Source: an uncultured delta proteobacterium (lineage in GTDB: Bacteria; Myxococcota_A; UBA9160; SMWR01). Taken from it: a DNA stretch of 64,000 nucleotides. Shown here one piece after another: positions 1-9,593 of the stretch (position 1 is its first letter; each line of letters begins with the position of its first letter). Made by a program: the position numbers and the translations under genes. The notes beneath the pieces are model-generated. The model was not told where the DNA came from. It worked only from the letters and a program-made list of their open reading frames with translations, and did not search any database. The stretch is from positions 640,001 to 704,000 of the forward strand of contig CAWHTE010000007.1 of NCBI GenBank assembly GCA_963832165.1, read 5' to 3'.

Positions 1-414
1 GCCGCGGTCTCGCGCGGCACGTGGTATCTCACCAAGGGCATCCTGCGCCGCTTCATGCTGCGCCGGAAGAGCGGCCGGATCATCAACATCTCGAGCGTGG
101 TCGGTCACACCGGCAATCCCGGCCAGATCCCGTACACGATGGTGAAGGCCGGCCTCGACGCGTTCGCGAAGAGCCTCGCGCAGGAGCTCGCGGGGCGAGA
201 CATCCTCGTGAACTCGGTGGCGCCCGGATTCATCGACACCGAGATGACCGACGAGCTCCCCGACGAATTGAAGGCGGCGATCCTCATGCGCATTCCGCAG
301 CAGCGCATGGGCAGGCCCGAAGAGGTCGCGGACGTGGTCGCGTTCCTGGCCACGCGCGGCAGCTACGTGAACGGCTGCGTGATCCACGTGAACGGCGGAA
401 TGTTCGGCGGCTGA
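1..414 (+). CDS. fabG: 3-oxoacyl-ACP reductase-like SDR, 5' truncated by window edge
   Basis: Open from base 1; GRIINISSVVG, YxxxK (YTMVK), VNSVAPGFIDTEMT, C-terminal VNGG. Confidence 0.85.
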   Translation, partial: AAVSRGTWYLTKGILRRFMLRRKSGRIINISSVVGHTGNPGQIPYTMVKAGLDAFAKSLAQELAGRDILVNSVAPGFIDTEMTDELPDELKAAILMRIPQQRMGRPEEVADVVAFLATRGSYVNGCVIHVNGGMFGG

Positions 415-428
415 TGGCGGATCCGCCA

Positions 429-1607
429 TTACGACAGCTCGATCAACTCGCAGGTCGGATTCGGCGGCAGCGTCGCGGGCAGCACCCAGCGGATCAGCGC
501 ATAGCCCTCGCTGCGCCCGCCCGTGTCGAGCCAGTTCGGCACACCCGGGTCGCGGTGGGCGATCACGATCGTCCAGCTCCCGTCCGCGTTGCGCTGCGCG
601 AGCTGATCGTTCGTGCACACGTGGCGCTGGCGGTACTCGTACGACTCCATCCACGGGCTCACGAGCACGATCCCCCAGTAGCGCGCTCCGCCGCGCGCGG
701 GATGGATCGTGATGCGCAGCGCCTGATTCGGGTCGATCCGCCAGTTGCCGCCCATGTAGGCCATGTCTGAGGCCGTGTGCGTGCGCACCTCGTCCCGCCA
801 GTCCGATCTTCGCTCGGCTTCGCCTCGCTGCGCGCCGCCTTCGGCGGCTTGCGCGCTGTCCGTGTGGTCCTTGCCCGAGCCGCCCGTGATCCGGTTCACG
901 CCTGCCGCGGCGAATCCCTTCCACATCGCGACGCAGCTGTGCGCGATGAACAGGAGCCAGCGCGCCGCGAGCGCGATCCGCTCTGCGGCGACCTCGGGCG
1001 TCCAGTCGGCCGGTGGCAGGGCCGGCCCCACGCGCTCGATCTCGAACCGCGCGGTCCGCTCGCGCGTGCGGTCGTGGAACGTCTCGCGCACGGAGATCTG
1101 CGCTGCGCCGTCGGGCAGCGCGATCCAGTTGCCGTCGTGCTTCTGTTTCGAGAGCGCGATCTCGAAGTCGCCGTTCGGCTCCAGGGCGAAGTCGTCGAGC
1201 TGGTACTGGCCGAGCGTTCCGGTGCGCCCCGCGTGCCCGCGCAGGATGTCGGTGCCGATCGTGAGGCCGATCGCGGCGGCCTGGCCGCGGTTGCCTGTGA
1301 GGCGATAGGTCTCGCGGTCGTCGAGCGAGGCGAAGTAGTAGTCGACGTCGGGATTGTCGACCATGAGCTTGCGCGTCGGACCCTGCGACCGGAAGATCGT
1401 CGGGCGCAGCGGGTCCGCGTACTCGACCACCCACTCCTGGGCCAGGCACGCGGTCCGCGTCACCCAGCGCGCACCCTCGCCCCAGTCGACCGGGTGGCCC
1501 GGCTGTGAAGCGGAAAGCAGCAGATCGATCGCCTGACGTTGGGCACCGATCCAGGCCTCGAGCGCCTCGCCGACCACTTTTTTCGAGGTCTCGGAGATTT
1601 CGTCCAT
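429..1607 (-). CDS. DUF1214-type protein carrying an in-frame repeat insertion
   Basis: DNPDVDY, DGSWTIVIAHRDPGVPNWLDTGG, IRW motifs; AGGAGA RBS before ATG at 1607. Confidence 0.75.
   Translation of the reverse strand: MDEISETSKKVVGEALEAWIGAQRQAIDLLLSASQPGHPVDWGEGARWVTRTACLAQEWVVEYADPLRPTIFRSQGPTRKLMVDNPDVDYYFASLDDRETYRLTGNRGQAAAIGLTIGTDILRGHAGRTGTLGQYQLDDFALEPNGDFEIALSKQKHDGNWIALPDGAAQISVRETFHDRTRERTARFEIERVGPALPPADWTPEVAAERIALAARWLLFIAHSCVAMWKGFAAAGVNRITGGSGKDHTDSAQAAEGGAQRGEAERRSDWRDEVRTHTASDMAYMGGNWRIDPNQALRITIHPARGGARYWGIVLVSPWMESYEYRQRHVCTNDQLAQRNADGSWTIVIAHRDPGVPNWLDTGGRSEGYALIRWVLPATLPPNPTCELIELS
805..856 (-). repeat. Short interspersed repeat copy 1, inside the DUF1214 CDS
   Basis: Minus strand reads GCGCGCAAG-CCGCCGAAGGCGG-CGCGCAGCGAGGCGAAGCCGAGCGAAGATC; same core at 13047 and 13478. 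Confidence 0.8.
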
Positions 1608-1639
1608 GGCTCTCCTCGCGCGCACTTATGCTACTCGAA

Positions 1640-2536
1640 ATGGCCTCGACCCCTCCGCCGCGCGCACCCGGAATCGCCGTGCTCGCGGCGCTGCTGCTCG
1701 CCGCTCCTGCCGAGGCAGAATGGACGGAGTGGGTGCTCGATGCGGATGTTGCGTCGCGTTACGACTCCAACGTCAACCGGGCCGCCGAATCCTCCGAACA
1801 CGAATGGGACGTCTCCTTCCGGCTGAACGCTCAGGCGGGGCGCTTCTTTCAAATCGCGGAGCGCACGCGGCTGCTCGCTGCCGGGGACGTCGCAGGCGAG
1901 GTCTATACCGACTTCGCCCAGCTCGACGCCATCGAGGCCAACGGCCAGCTCGCATTGCTCCACAAGTTCGGCGTGGGCGATGCTCCGTGGCTGCGCGGCT
2001 TCGCGACAGGCGGCCAGCGCGCGGTGCGCGATGGCGAGCGCGGGGGTCCGCAGTTCTCTGCCGGGCTCGCAGCGGGAAAACGCCTCTCGCCACGCCTCGA
2101 CGCCCGGCTCCGGTACGTCTTCACGCGGCGCTACGGGGGCGACGGCAGCAACGTCGTCGCCGGCGCGCCCGACGATGTGTTCGAGCAGCAACACCACGAG
2201 CTGACGCTCGATGGGAGCCTCCTGCTCACCGAAGAGCTGCTGCTCGGCGCGGGCTTCACGTACCGCCGGGGCGACTTCGACTCGAACGCTCGAGAGAGCC
2301 GTTTCGAAGTGCTCGCGCGCAATGACGTCGACGCGGTGGCGCGAGATCACGTCTTCGGGGGCTGGATCTATCGCGTCGAAGGAAACGCCTACTCGCCGTT
2401 CGCGCGACTCAACTACGGCCTCACCGAGCGCTGGTCGGTCGAGCTCGGCTATCGCTTCCAGCTCGCCGAGGGCGACGGCACGAGCCTTCGATACCGGAAC
2501 CACGCCGTGACGGGTTCCGTGCTATTCCGATACTGA
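1640..2536 (+). CDS. Outer-membrane beta-barrel protein
   Basis: Signal peptide ending AEA, YDSNV motif, alternating beta-strands, C-terminal LFRY; TATGCT 7 nt upstream. Confidence 0.7.
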   Translation: MASTPPPRAPGIAVLAALLLAAPAEAEWTEWVLDADVASRYDSNVNRAAESSEHEWDVSFRLNAQAGRFFQIAERTRLLAAGDVAGEVYTDFAQLDAIEANGQLALLHKFGVGDAPWLRGFATGGQRAVRDGERGGPQFSAGLAAGKRLSPRLDARLRYVFTRRYGGDGSNVVAGAPDDVFEQQHHELTLDGSLLLTEELLLGAGFTYRRGDFDSNARESRFEVLARNDVDAVARDHVFGGWIYRVEGNAYSPFARLNYGLTERWSVELGYRFQLAEGDGTSLRYRNHAVTGSVLFRY

Positions 2537-2548
2537 CGGGGATCACCC

Positions 2549-3211
2549 ATGAAGGGGAGACTCTCATCGCATGGCCTCGCGCTCGCAGCGCTCGTGACCG
2601 CTGCGCTGGCTCCCGCCCACGCCGAGCTTCTCACCGCCAGCGTGCGAAGCCGAGGCGGCGAGCCGGTGCGGGATGCCGTCGTCTACGCCATGACCGAAGG
2701 GGCGGCGAAGCAAGAGCTGGCCGCGCCCGGCCGGACCGAGATCGATCAGGTCGACAAGCAGTTCGTGCCGTACGTCACCGCGGTGCCCGTCGGGACGCAC
2801 GTCAACTTCCCGAACCGCGATCAGATCCGGCATCACGTGTACTCCTTCTCTCGAGCGAAGACCTTCGAGATCCCCCTCTACGAAGGGATGCCGGAAGAGC
2901 TCGTCGCCTTCGATCGACCCGGCGAGGTCGCGCTCGGCTGCAACATCCACGATTGGATGAAGGCCTACGTGTTCGTCGTGGATACGCGGTACTTCGCGGT
3001 CACGAACGGCAGCGGCGAGGCGAAGGTAGAGCTTCCGGCCGGTCATTACCGCGTGGAGGTCTGGCACCCTCGTCTCGAGGGCGAGCCCGCGGCCACCGCG
3101 CGCGCACTGCGGTTCGAAGCGGGAGAAAGTCCCCGGCTCGACTTCGAGATCGAGCAGAAGCGCGTGTGGAGTCCCCGCCGCGCTCCGGCGAGCGATCCGG
3201 ACTATCGCTGA
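2549..3211 (+). CDS. Exported cupredoxin-like protein (MauL / methylamine-utilisation-like)
   Basis: Signal peptide; IDQVDKQFVP, FPNRDQIRHHVYSFS, LGCNIHDWM, VWHPRL. Confidence 0.75.
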   Translation: MKGRLSSHGLALAALVTAALAPAHAELLTASVRSRGGEPVRDAVVYAMTEGAAKQELAAPGRTEIDQVDKQFVPYVTAVPVGTHVNFPNRDQIRHHVYSFSRAKTFEIPLYEGMPEELVAFDRPGEVALGCNIHDWMKAYVFVVDTRYFAVTNGSGEAKVELPAGHYRVEVWHPRLEGEPAATARALRFEAGESPRLDFEIEQKRVWSPRRAPASDPDYR

Positions 3212-3228
3212 GAAGAGAGGCTCGAGCG

Positions 3229-5157
3229 TTGTCGCTCCAGCGCCGATTCCAATTCCGCAGCTTCCGTGCCCGGATTCTCACGTTCGTGATCGGTGTGCTG
3301 CTGCTCGTACAGGGCGCCGTACTGCTCTCGGTCCACGCCGCCAACCTGCGCGGCGCCCGCCGGCACATCGACGAGGCGCTCGAGCTCACCGCGGCCGCGT
3401 TCGATCGCTCGCTCGAGGTCCGCGAGCAGATCCTCGTCGAGAAGGCGCGCCTGCTCTCGTCCGACTTTGCATTCAAACAGGTCGTTGCGACGAGGGATCC
3501 CGCAACGGTCCGCTCGGCGCTCGAGAACCACAGCGCGCGCGTCGGCGCCCAGCTGATGATGCTTCTGGATCCCGGTATGTCGATCGCGACCACATCGCCG
3601 CTTGCGAGTGGCGACGACGCTGCTCTCCGTGCGCTGATCGAGCGCGCCGAAGCGCACGAGTTCGGCGAGGCCTCCGCGATCCAGCTGCTCGGTGGGAAGC
3701 CGTACCAGCTCGCGATCGTCCCGCTGTTCACGCCCGAGCCGAGTGCGTGGATCGCGATCGGCTTCTCGGTCGACAACGCGCTCGCCCGCGAGCTGCAGGA
3801 GGAGACGGGCACCCACGTGACGCTGCTGCGCTCGGAGCCCGGCGGATGGCAGGTGTTTTGTTCGACGCTCGACGCGGGCGCGCTGCGCGAGCTCGAGCGG
3901 GGGCTCCCGAAGCGGGTGCCGGCAGGCTCCGAGGTCCTGAGTCTCGACATCGCCGGGGACGAGTTCGTCTCGTGGCTCGCGCCGATCGATGGCGACGAGG
4001 GCCGGCTGATCGCGGTACTGCAGCGTTCGCTCGACGAGGCGTTGGAACCGTTCCTCGCGCTGCGAGCGATGCTGCTCGTCATCTTTGCACTCGGGCTGCT
4101 CTCGTCGCTGCTATTCAGCGCGCTCCTCGCGGCGCGCGTCACGCGCCCCGTTGCGGAGCTCGTGCGCGGCGCACGTCGGATAGAACGCGGCAACTACGGG
4201 GACCCCGTCATCCTCGAGCAACGCGACGAGCTGGGCTCGCTCGCTATCTCGTTCAACGCAATGATGAAGGGGCTGGCCGAACGGGATCGCGTCCGCGATC
4301 TGCTCGGGCGGGTGGTGGCGCCCGAGATCGCCGAGGAGCTGCTCAGCCGCGAGATCGTACTCGGCGGTGAGGAACGCCGCGTCTCCGTGCTGTTTACCGA
4401 CATCCGGGCGTTTACGGCGCTCTCGGAAGGAGAGGATCCGCAGCGCCTCGTAAAGGTGCTCAACACCTTCCTCACCGCGGTCAGCACGGCGATCGAGGGT
4501 CACGGCGGTGTCGTCGAGGAGTACATGGGAGACGGCGCGAAGGCCTTGTTCGGCGCGCCCGTCGCGCACCCCGACGATGCGCGCCGGGCCGTGCTCGCGG
4601 GCCTCGCGCTCGTGTCGTCGTTGCCGGCTGTCAACGCCGAGATCGCGGTGCTTGGCGCGCAACCGCTCGCGATCGGCGTCGGCATCCACACCGACGACGT
4701 GGTCGCGGGTCGGATGGGCTCGCTCGCGCGACTCAAGTACACGGTCGTGGGTGACGGTGTGAACCTGGCGTCGCGCCTGGAGGGTCTGACCGCGCGCTAT
4801 GGCGTCGCGGTCATCGCGAGCGGTGCTACGCGCGACGCGTGTCCGTCGGACATCCTGTTTCGTGAGCTCGATCGCGTGCGCGTGAAGGGCCGGGAGAAGG
4901 CGGTGGCCATCTACGAACCGCTGGGGCTCGTGGGCCAGCTCCCTTCGTCGGTGCGCGAGAGCGTAGAGCTCCACCACGAGGCGCTCGCGCGGTTCCGGGA
5001 CGCGGATTGGGATGGAGCAGCGGCCCGTTTCGGGGAGCTCGCGCGCAACGAACCCGAAGGACGCCTCTATCGAGTATTCCTGGAACGGATCGAGGTGCTG
5101 CGGCGCGAGCCGCCCGGACCCGACTGGGACGGCACTTTCACGCATCAGGAGAAGTGA
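3229..5157 (+). CDS. Membrane class III nucleotide cyclase (2 TM, periplasmic Cache-like sensor, HAMP); guanylate-type residues
   Basis: LFTDIRAFT, EEYMGD, KYTVVGDGVNLASRLE, VKGRE; HAMP RDELGSLAISFNAM; TTG start after GAGAGG. Confidence 0.85.
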   Translation: MSLQRRFQFRSFRARILTFVIGVLLLVQGAVLLSVHAANLRGARRHIDEALELTAAAFDRSLEVREQILVEKARLLSSDFAFKQVVATRDPATVRSALENHSARVGAQLMMLLDPGMSIATTSPLASGDDAALRALIERAEAHEFGEASAIQLLGGKPYQLAIVPLFTPEPSAWIAIGFSVDNALARELQEETGTHVTLLRSEPGGWQVFCSTLDAGALRELERGLPKRVPAGSEVLSLDIAGDEFVSWLAPIDGDEGRLIAVLQRSLDEALEPFLALRAMLLVIFALGLLSSLLFSALLAARVTRPVAELVRGARRIERGNYGDPVILEQRDELGSLAISFNAMMKGLAERDRVRDLLGRVVAPEIAEELLSREIVLGGEERRVSVLFTDIRAFTALSEGEDPQRLVKVLNTFLTAVSTAIEGHGGVVEEYMGDGAKALFGAPVAHPDDARRAVLAGLALVSSLPAVNAEIAVLGAQPLAIGVGIHTDDVVAGRMGSLARLKYTVVGDGVNLASRLEGLTARYGVAVIASGATRDACPSDILFRELDRVRVKGREKAVAIYEPLGLVGQLPSSVRESVELHHEALARFRDADWDGAAARFGELARNEPEGRLYRVFLERIEVLRREPPGPDWDGTFTHQEK

Positions 5158-5187
5158 GATCGCGGTACGGCGCGTATCATCTCCGAA

Positions 5188-6432
5188 ATGACTTGGACTC
5201 CCCCGCCCCGCGCGCCCTGGGTTGCGCAGCTCAACGCGCTCAGCGAGAGCGCGGGCAACGGCGGCCGCGCGCTGATACCGCTCGACGAGGAGTCGCTGCT
5301 GGACGCCGCGCGTGCCGCCACGGGACTCGCCGATTTCGGTGACGCGGGCTTTCGCGAAGGGCTCGCGCTGCTCTCGCGCGGGCTCGAGAGCGACGCGCAG
5401 CTCACGCTGCTCGGACGGCTGATGGCGCGCGCCGAGTTCGCGCGGATCCTCGAGGTGCGGCTGCGCACCGAGGCGTTCATCCACGAGCACGCGGAGATCC
5501 TGCACGAGGTCGTGCGCGCACCCCTGTTCGTGACCGGGCTCGCGCGCACCGGCACGAGCTTGCTCCACGAGCTGCTCTGGCGCGATCCCGCGCACCGCGC
5601 GCCGCTCGCGTGGGAGATGATGTACCCCGTCGACGCGGCGCGCGCGCCCGAGGTCGATTCCGCGCCCGCGATCGCGCGCGCGGCCCAGGAGATCGAGCTG
5701 CAGAACCACGCGTTGCCCGCCACGCGCACGATGCACGAGCTCGGCGCCGAGCTGCCGAACGAGTGCATCTACCTGTTCGCGCACGAGCTCGCGACCGACA
5801 TGTTCATGGGGTTCTACCAGATCCCCAGCTACACGATGTGGATGGGGACGCGCGATTGGACACCGCTCTATGTTCGTCACCGGCGGCTGCTCCAGCTGCT
5901 GCAGTGGCGCAGGCCCGCGCAGCGCTGGGTGCTCAAGGCTCCGTCGCACCTGAACCACCTGCGCGAGCTGTTCACGGCGTATCCGGATGCGCGCGTCGTG
6001 ATCACGCACCGCGATCCGCTCCAGGTGCTCGGCTCGCTCTCGAACCTGATGGCGAGCTTGCGCTGGACGCGCAGCGATCACGTCGACCATCCCGCGCTCG
6101 TTGCCGGAATCGCGTTCGGGCACGCCTATCTCGGCGACCAGGTGATGAAGCAGCGCGACTCGAGTGTCCTGCCGGACGGCCAGATCCTCGACGTGCGCTA
6201 CTGCGATCTCGTTGCAGATCCGATCGCGGTACTGCGGCGGATCGGCGACTGGCTCGGAGCGCCCTTCGGCGGCCGCGCCGAGGCGGCAGTGCGCGAGTGG
6301 ATCGCGCGCCGTCCGAAGGATCGGCACGGCACGCACGAGTACTCGTTTGCCGACACGGGGCTCGATCTCGCCACGGAGCGTGCGCGCCACGCGGAGTACC
6401 AGCGGCGCTACGACGTTCCGTCGGAGGTCTGA
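5188..6432 (+). CDS. Sulfotransferase family protein
   Basis: PLFVTGLARTGTSLLH (5'-PSB loop), WVLKAPSHL, THRDP. Confidence 0.85.
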   Translation: MTWTPPPRAPWVAQLNALSESAGNGGRALIPLDEESLLDAARAATGLADFGDAGFREGLALLSRGLESDAQLTLLGRLMARAEFARILEVRLRTEAFIHEHAEILHEVVRAPLFVTGLARTGTSLLHELLWRDPAHRAPLAWEMMYPVDAARAPEVDSAPAIARAAQEIELQNHALPATRTMHELGAELPNECIYLFAHELATDMFMGFYQIPSYTMWMGTRDWTPLYVRHRRLLQLLQWRRPAQRWVLKAPSHLNHLRELFTAYPDARVVITHRDPLQVLGSLSNLMASLRWTRSDHVDHPALVAGIAFGHAYLGDQVMKQRDSSVLPDGQILDVRYCDLVADPIAVLRRIGDWLGAPFGGRAEAAVREWIARRPKDRHGTHEYSFADTGLDLATERARHAEYQRRYDVPSEV

Positions 6433-6436
6433 AGAC

Positions 6437-7204
6437 ATGAAGACGGTGAGAGAAGAAGACCGCGAGGGAGGCGTCCGCTGGCTCGTGCTCGATCGCGCAC
6501 CCGCGAACGCGCTCGACGACAACCTGCTGCGAGACCTCGAGACCGCAGTCGCGCGCGCGAAGGACGACGAATCGGTGCGCGCGGTCGTGCTGACGGGCGC
6601 GGGCGCGTTCTTCAGCGGCGGCTTCGATCTGTCGGCGCCGCGGCGCGAGGCGGAGCAGGTCGCCGTGATGACCGACCTGTACCGCGACGCCCACCGCGCG
6701 TTGCTTGCGCTGCCGAAGCCGACCGTAGCGCGCGTCGCGGGGCACACGATCGCGGGCGGCGTGATCCTCGCGCTCGCGTGCGACTACCGCCTCGGCTGCG
6801 CGGGCGACTGGAAGGTCGGCACGAACGAGGTGGCGATCGGCGCGTCGTACCCGAAGGCAGCGATCGAGATCGTGAAGCTGCGGCTCACTCACAAGCAGGC
6901 CGCAGAGCTCACGCTGGGCGCGCAACTCTATCCGGCGAGTCAGGCGGTCCGGCTCGGTGTCGTCGACGAGCTGCTGCCGGCCGCGGAATTCGACGCGATC
7001 GTCGCGCGCCGCGCTGCGCGCCTGGCCGCGTTCCCGCGCGAGGCCTATGCGCACACGAAGGCGGCGCTCTGCGCCGAAGCGCTCGCGCGCATCGACTCAC
7101 ACACCCACGAGCAGTCGCTCGCCGACGCCGCGGTGTGGATGACCGACGAGAGCCGCGCCGCCCGCCACGATCAGCGCAGGAAGCTCGGTAAGGGTGGAGA
7201 CTAA
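6437..7204 (+). CDS. Enoyl-CoA hydratase/isomerase family protein
   Basis: NAL, FFSGGFDL, GHTIAGG, ACDYR, NEVAIG. Confidence 0.85.
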   Translation: MKTVREEDREGGVRWLVLDRAPANALDDNLLRDLETAVARAKDDESVRAVVLTGAGAFFSGGFDLSAPRREAEQVAVMTDLYRDAHRALLALPKPTVARVAGHTIAGGVILALACDYRLGCAGDWKVGTNEVAIGASYPKAAIEIVKLRLTHKQAAELTLGAQLYPASQAVRLGVVDELLPAAEFDAIVARRAARLAAFPREAYAHTKAALCAEALARIDSHTHEQSLADAAVWMTDESRAARHDQRRKLGKGGD

Positions 7205-9593
7205 TCGGATTCTCGCGCGTCTGCGCGCGGCGGCCTGGCCGCTGCGCGTGTTCCTGATCGCACTCGGCGCCGCGCTCGTGCTCGGGGTCGGCGCGCTGGT
7301 GCCGAAGCATCTGCCCGAGCCCACGCTCCCCAATCGCGTGCTCGCTCGCCCGCACAAGATCGCGCCGGGCCAGAACGTCGAGTCGACGCACCTGCTGCGG
7401 CGCGTCGGGCGGCTCGGCTACCGGCGCACGCGCTCCGCGACGCCCGAGGTCGGCGAGTACGTCCATGACGGCACGCGCATCGCGGTCCACCGGCGCGAGT
7501 TCGAGGGCGCGAACGGTCCCGAGGAGGCACAGCTCTTCGAGGTCGAGCTGGACTGGAGCGACCGCGTGGAGAGGATCGTCGACGGGAACGGCGTCGAGCA
7601 GCGCGAAGTCTGGCTGGATCCCGAGACGATTGGCGCGCTCGCCGACGATGCACCGGTCGATCGCATCCCGGTCCAGCTCGACGACCTCCCGAAGCACTTC
7701 ATGGACGCGCTGTTCGTGGTCGAGGATCGCCGCTTCCACGAGCACCACGGCGTCGACCCTTTCCGCCTCGCCGGTGCGCTGGTCTCGAACCTGCGCGCGG
7801 GCGGCGTGCGCGAGGGCGGCAGCACGATCACCCAGCAGCTCGTGAAGAACGTCTTCCTGTCGCACGAGCGCACGATCGTGCGCAAGCTGCGCGAGCTCTG
7901 GCTCGCGCTGCGCGTGGAACGCGCGCATAGCAAGGACGAGATCCTCACGGCCTACCTCAATACGATCTATCTGGGCCAGCGCGGGCCCGTCTCGGTGGTG
8001 GGAGTCGAGGCCGCGGCGCGGCACTACTTCGGCCACTCCGCGTCGACGCTCAGCCTCGGCGAGTCGGCGCTGATCGTCGGCATGATCCGCGGCCCGGGCT
8101 TCTACTCGCCGTGGACCTACCCCGAGCACGCGCGCGAGCGCCGCAATCAGGTGCTCGCGATGATGGCGCAGGAGCAGGTGATCTCCGAGAAGCAGGCCAG
8201 GGCCGCCGCGAAGCGCCCGCTCGGCAACGTCGCCAAGCCGCCTGCGTCGGCGCGGCCGCGCTGGTTCCTCGCGAAGCTCGAGCGCGACTTCGCGAGCGCG
8301 CTGCCCGATCTGGATCTGCGCGAGGACCGCGTCGCCGTGTTCACGGGCATCGATGCCGATTTCCAGATCGCGGCGGAGAACGCGGTGCGCATCGGAGTGA
8401 AGGAGCTCGAAGAACAGTTTCCGCGTCTGCGCGCGAAGGGTGCGCCGCTGCAGGCCGCGCTCGTGGCGATCGAGCCCAAGAGCGGTGCGATCCTCGCCTA
8501 CGTGGGCGGAGCCAGCTGGTCGGAGAATCAGTTCGATCACGTGGCGCAGGCGCGCCGCCAGCCCGGCAGCGCGTTCAAGCCGATCGTTCTGCTCGCCGCG
8601 CTGTCGCGCCGATCCGACGGCACTCCGGCCTTTACGCTCGCATCGATGCTGCGCGACGAGCCGCTCGAGGTCGACACGCCGCAGGGGATCTGGCGGCCCG
8701 AGGATTACGAGAAGGAGTTCCGCGGACCGATCACGTTGCGCAGCGCGCTCGAGGACTCGGTGAACGTGCCGTTCGCGCGCGTGGGCCTCGAGATCGGGCC
8801 CGAAACGATCGTGGACGTGGCGCACCGCATGGGCATCGATTCGCCGCTCGACCCGGTGCCGAGCCTCGCGCTCGGCGCGGGAGAGGTCTCGCCGCTCGAG
8901 CTCGCGCGCGCCTACGCGCTGCTCGCGAATGGAGGCGAGCGGATCGCCGTGCGCGATGCGATCCACGTGACCGATGGGGAGGGCAACGAGCTCAGCGAGC
9001 AGCCGCCCGAGCGTGTACGCGAGTTCGATCCCGCCGAGGTCGCGCTCGTGACCTCGGCGCTCGTGGGTGCCGTGAATCACGGCACGGGGCATCCGCTGCG
9101 CGATCTCGGCTATCGCGGTCCCGTGGCAGGCAAGACCGGCACCACCAACGACGCGCGCGACGCGTGGTTCGTCGGCTTCACGCCCGAGCTCGTCGCCGCG
9201 GTCTGGGTCGGCTTCGACGACGGCACGCCGCTCGGGCTCACGGGTGCGCAGGCGGCGCTCCCGATCTTCGGTCGGTTCCTGATCAGCGCGCTCGGCAAGG
9301 ACGGTGCCGAGGCGTTCGAGGAGCCGCCCGGCCTCGAGCGCGTCGCGATCAACGAGACCACGGGACTCCGCGCGAGCCTGTTCTGCTGGGGGAACGACGA
9401 GTGGTTCCTGCCCGGCACCGCACCTGTCGAGAGCTGTGGTCCCGACTGGCAGAGCCAGCAGCCGTTCGAGCCCGAGCAGCCCAGCGAGGAATCGGCCCCG
9501 AGGCGCCAGCGCGAGCCGACACGCGATCCCGTGGCGCGCTTCTTCGAGAAGCTGTTCCGCGGACTCGCGGACGACGAGGACTGGGAGCGTTAG
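7194..9593 (+). CDS. mrcB: Class A penicillin-binding protein, PBP1B-type
   Basis: EDRRFHEHHGVD, GGSTITQQLVKN, SxxK (SAFK), SVN, KTG; UB2H-like segment after the TM helix. Confidence 0.85.
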   Translation: METNRILARLRAAAWPLRVFLIALGAALVLGVGALVPKHLPEPTLPNRVLARPHKIAPGQNVESTHLLRRVGRLGYRRTRSATPEVGEYVHDGTRIAVHRREFEGANGPEEAQLFEVELDWSDRVERIVDGNGVEQREVWLDPETIGALADDAPVDRIPVQLDDLPKHFMDALFVVEDRRFHEHHGVDPFRLAGALVSNLRAGGVREGGSTITQQLVKNVFLSHERTIVRKLRELWLALRVERAHSKDEILTAYLNTIYLGQRGPVSVVGVEAAARHYFGHSASTLSLGESALIVGMIRGPGFYSPWTYPEHARERRNQVLAMMAQEQVISEKQARAAAKRPLGNVAKPPASARPRWFLAKLERDFASALPDLDLREDRVAVFTGIDADFQIAAENAVRIGVKELEEQFPRLRAKGAPLQAALVAIEPKSGAILAYVGGASWSENQFDHVAQARRQPGSAFKPIVLLAALSRRSDGTPAFTLASMLRDEPLEVDTPQGIWRPEDYEKEFRGPITLRSALEDSVNVPFARVGLEIGPETIVDVAHRMGIDSPLDPVPSLALGAGEVSPLELARAYALLANGGERIAVRDAIHVTDGEGNELSEQPPERVREFDPAEVALVTSALVGAVNHGTGHPLRDLGYRGPVAGKTGTTNDARDAWFVGFTPELVAAVWVGFDDGTPLGLTGAQAALPIFGRFLISALGKDGAEAFEEPPGLERVAINETTGLRASLFCWGNDEWFLPGTAPVESCGPDWQSQQPFEPEQPSEESAPRRQREPTRDPVARFFEKLFRGLADDEDWER

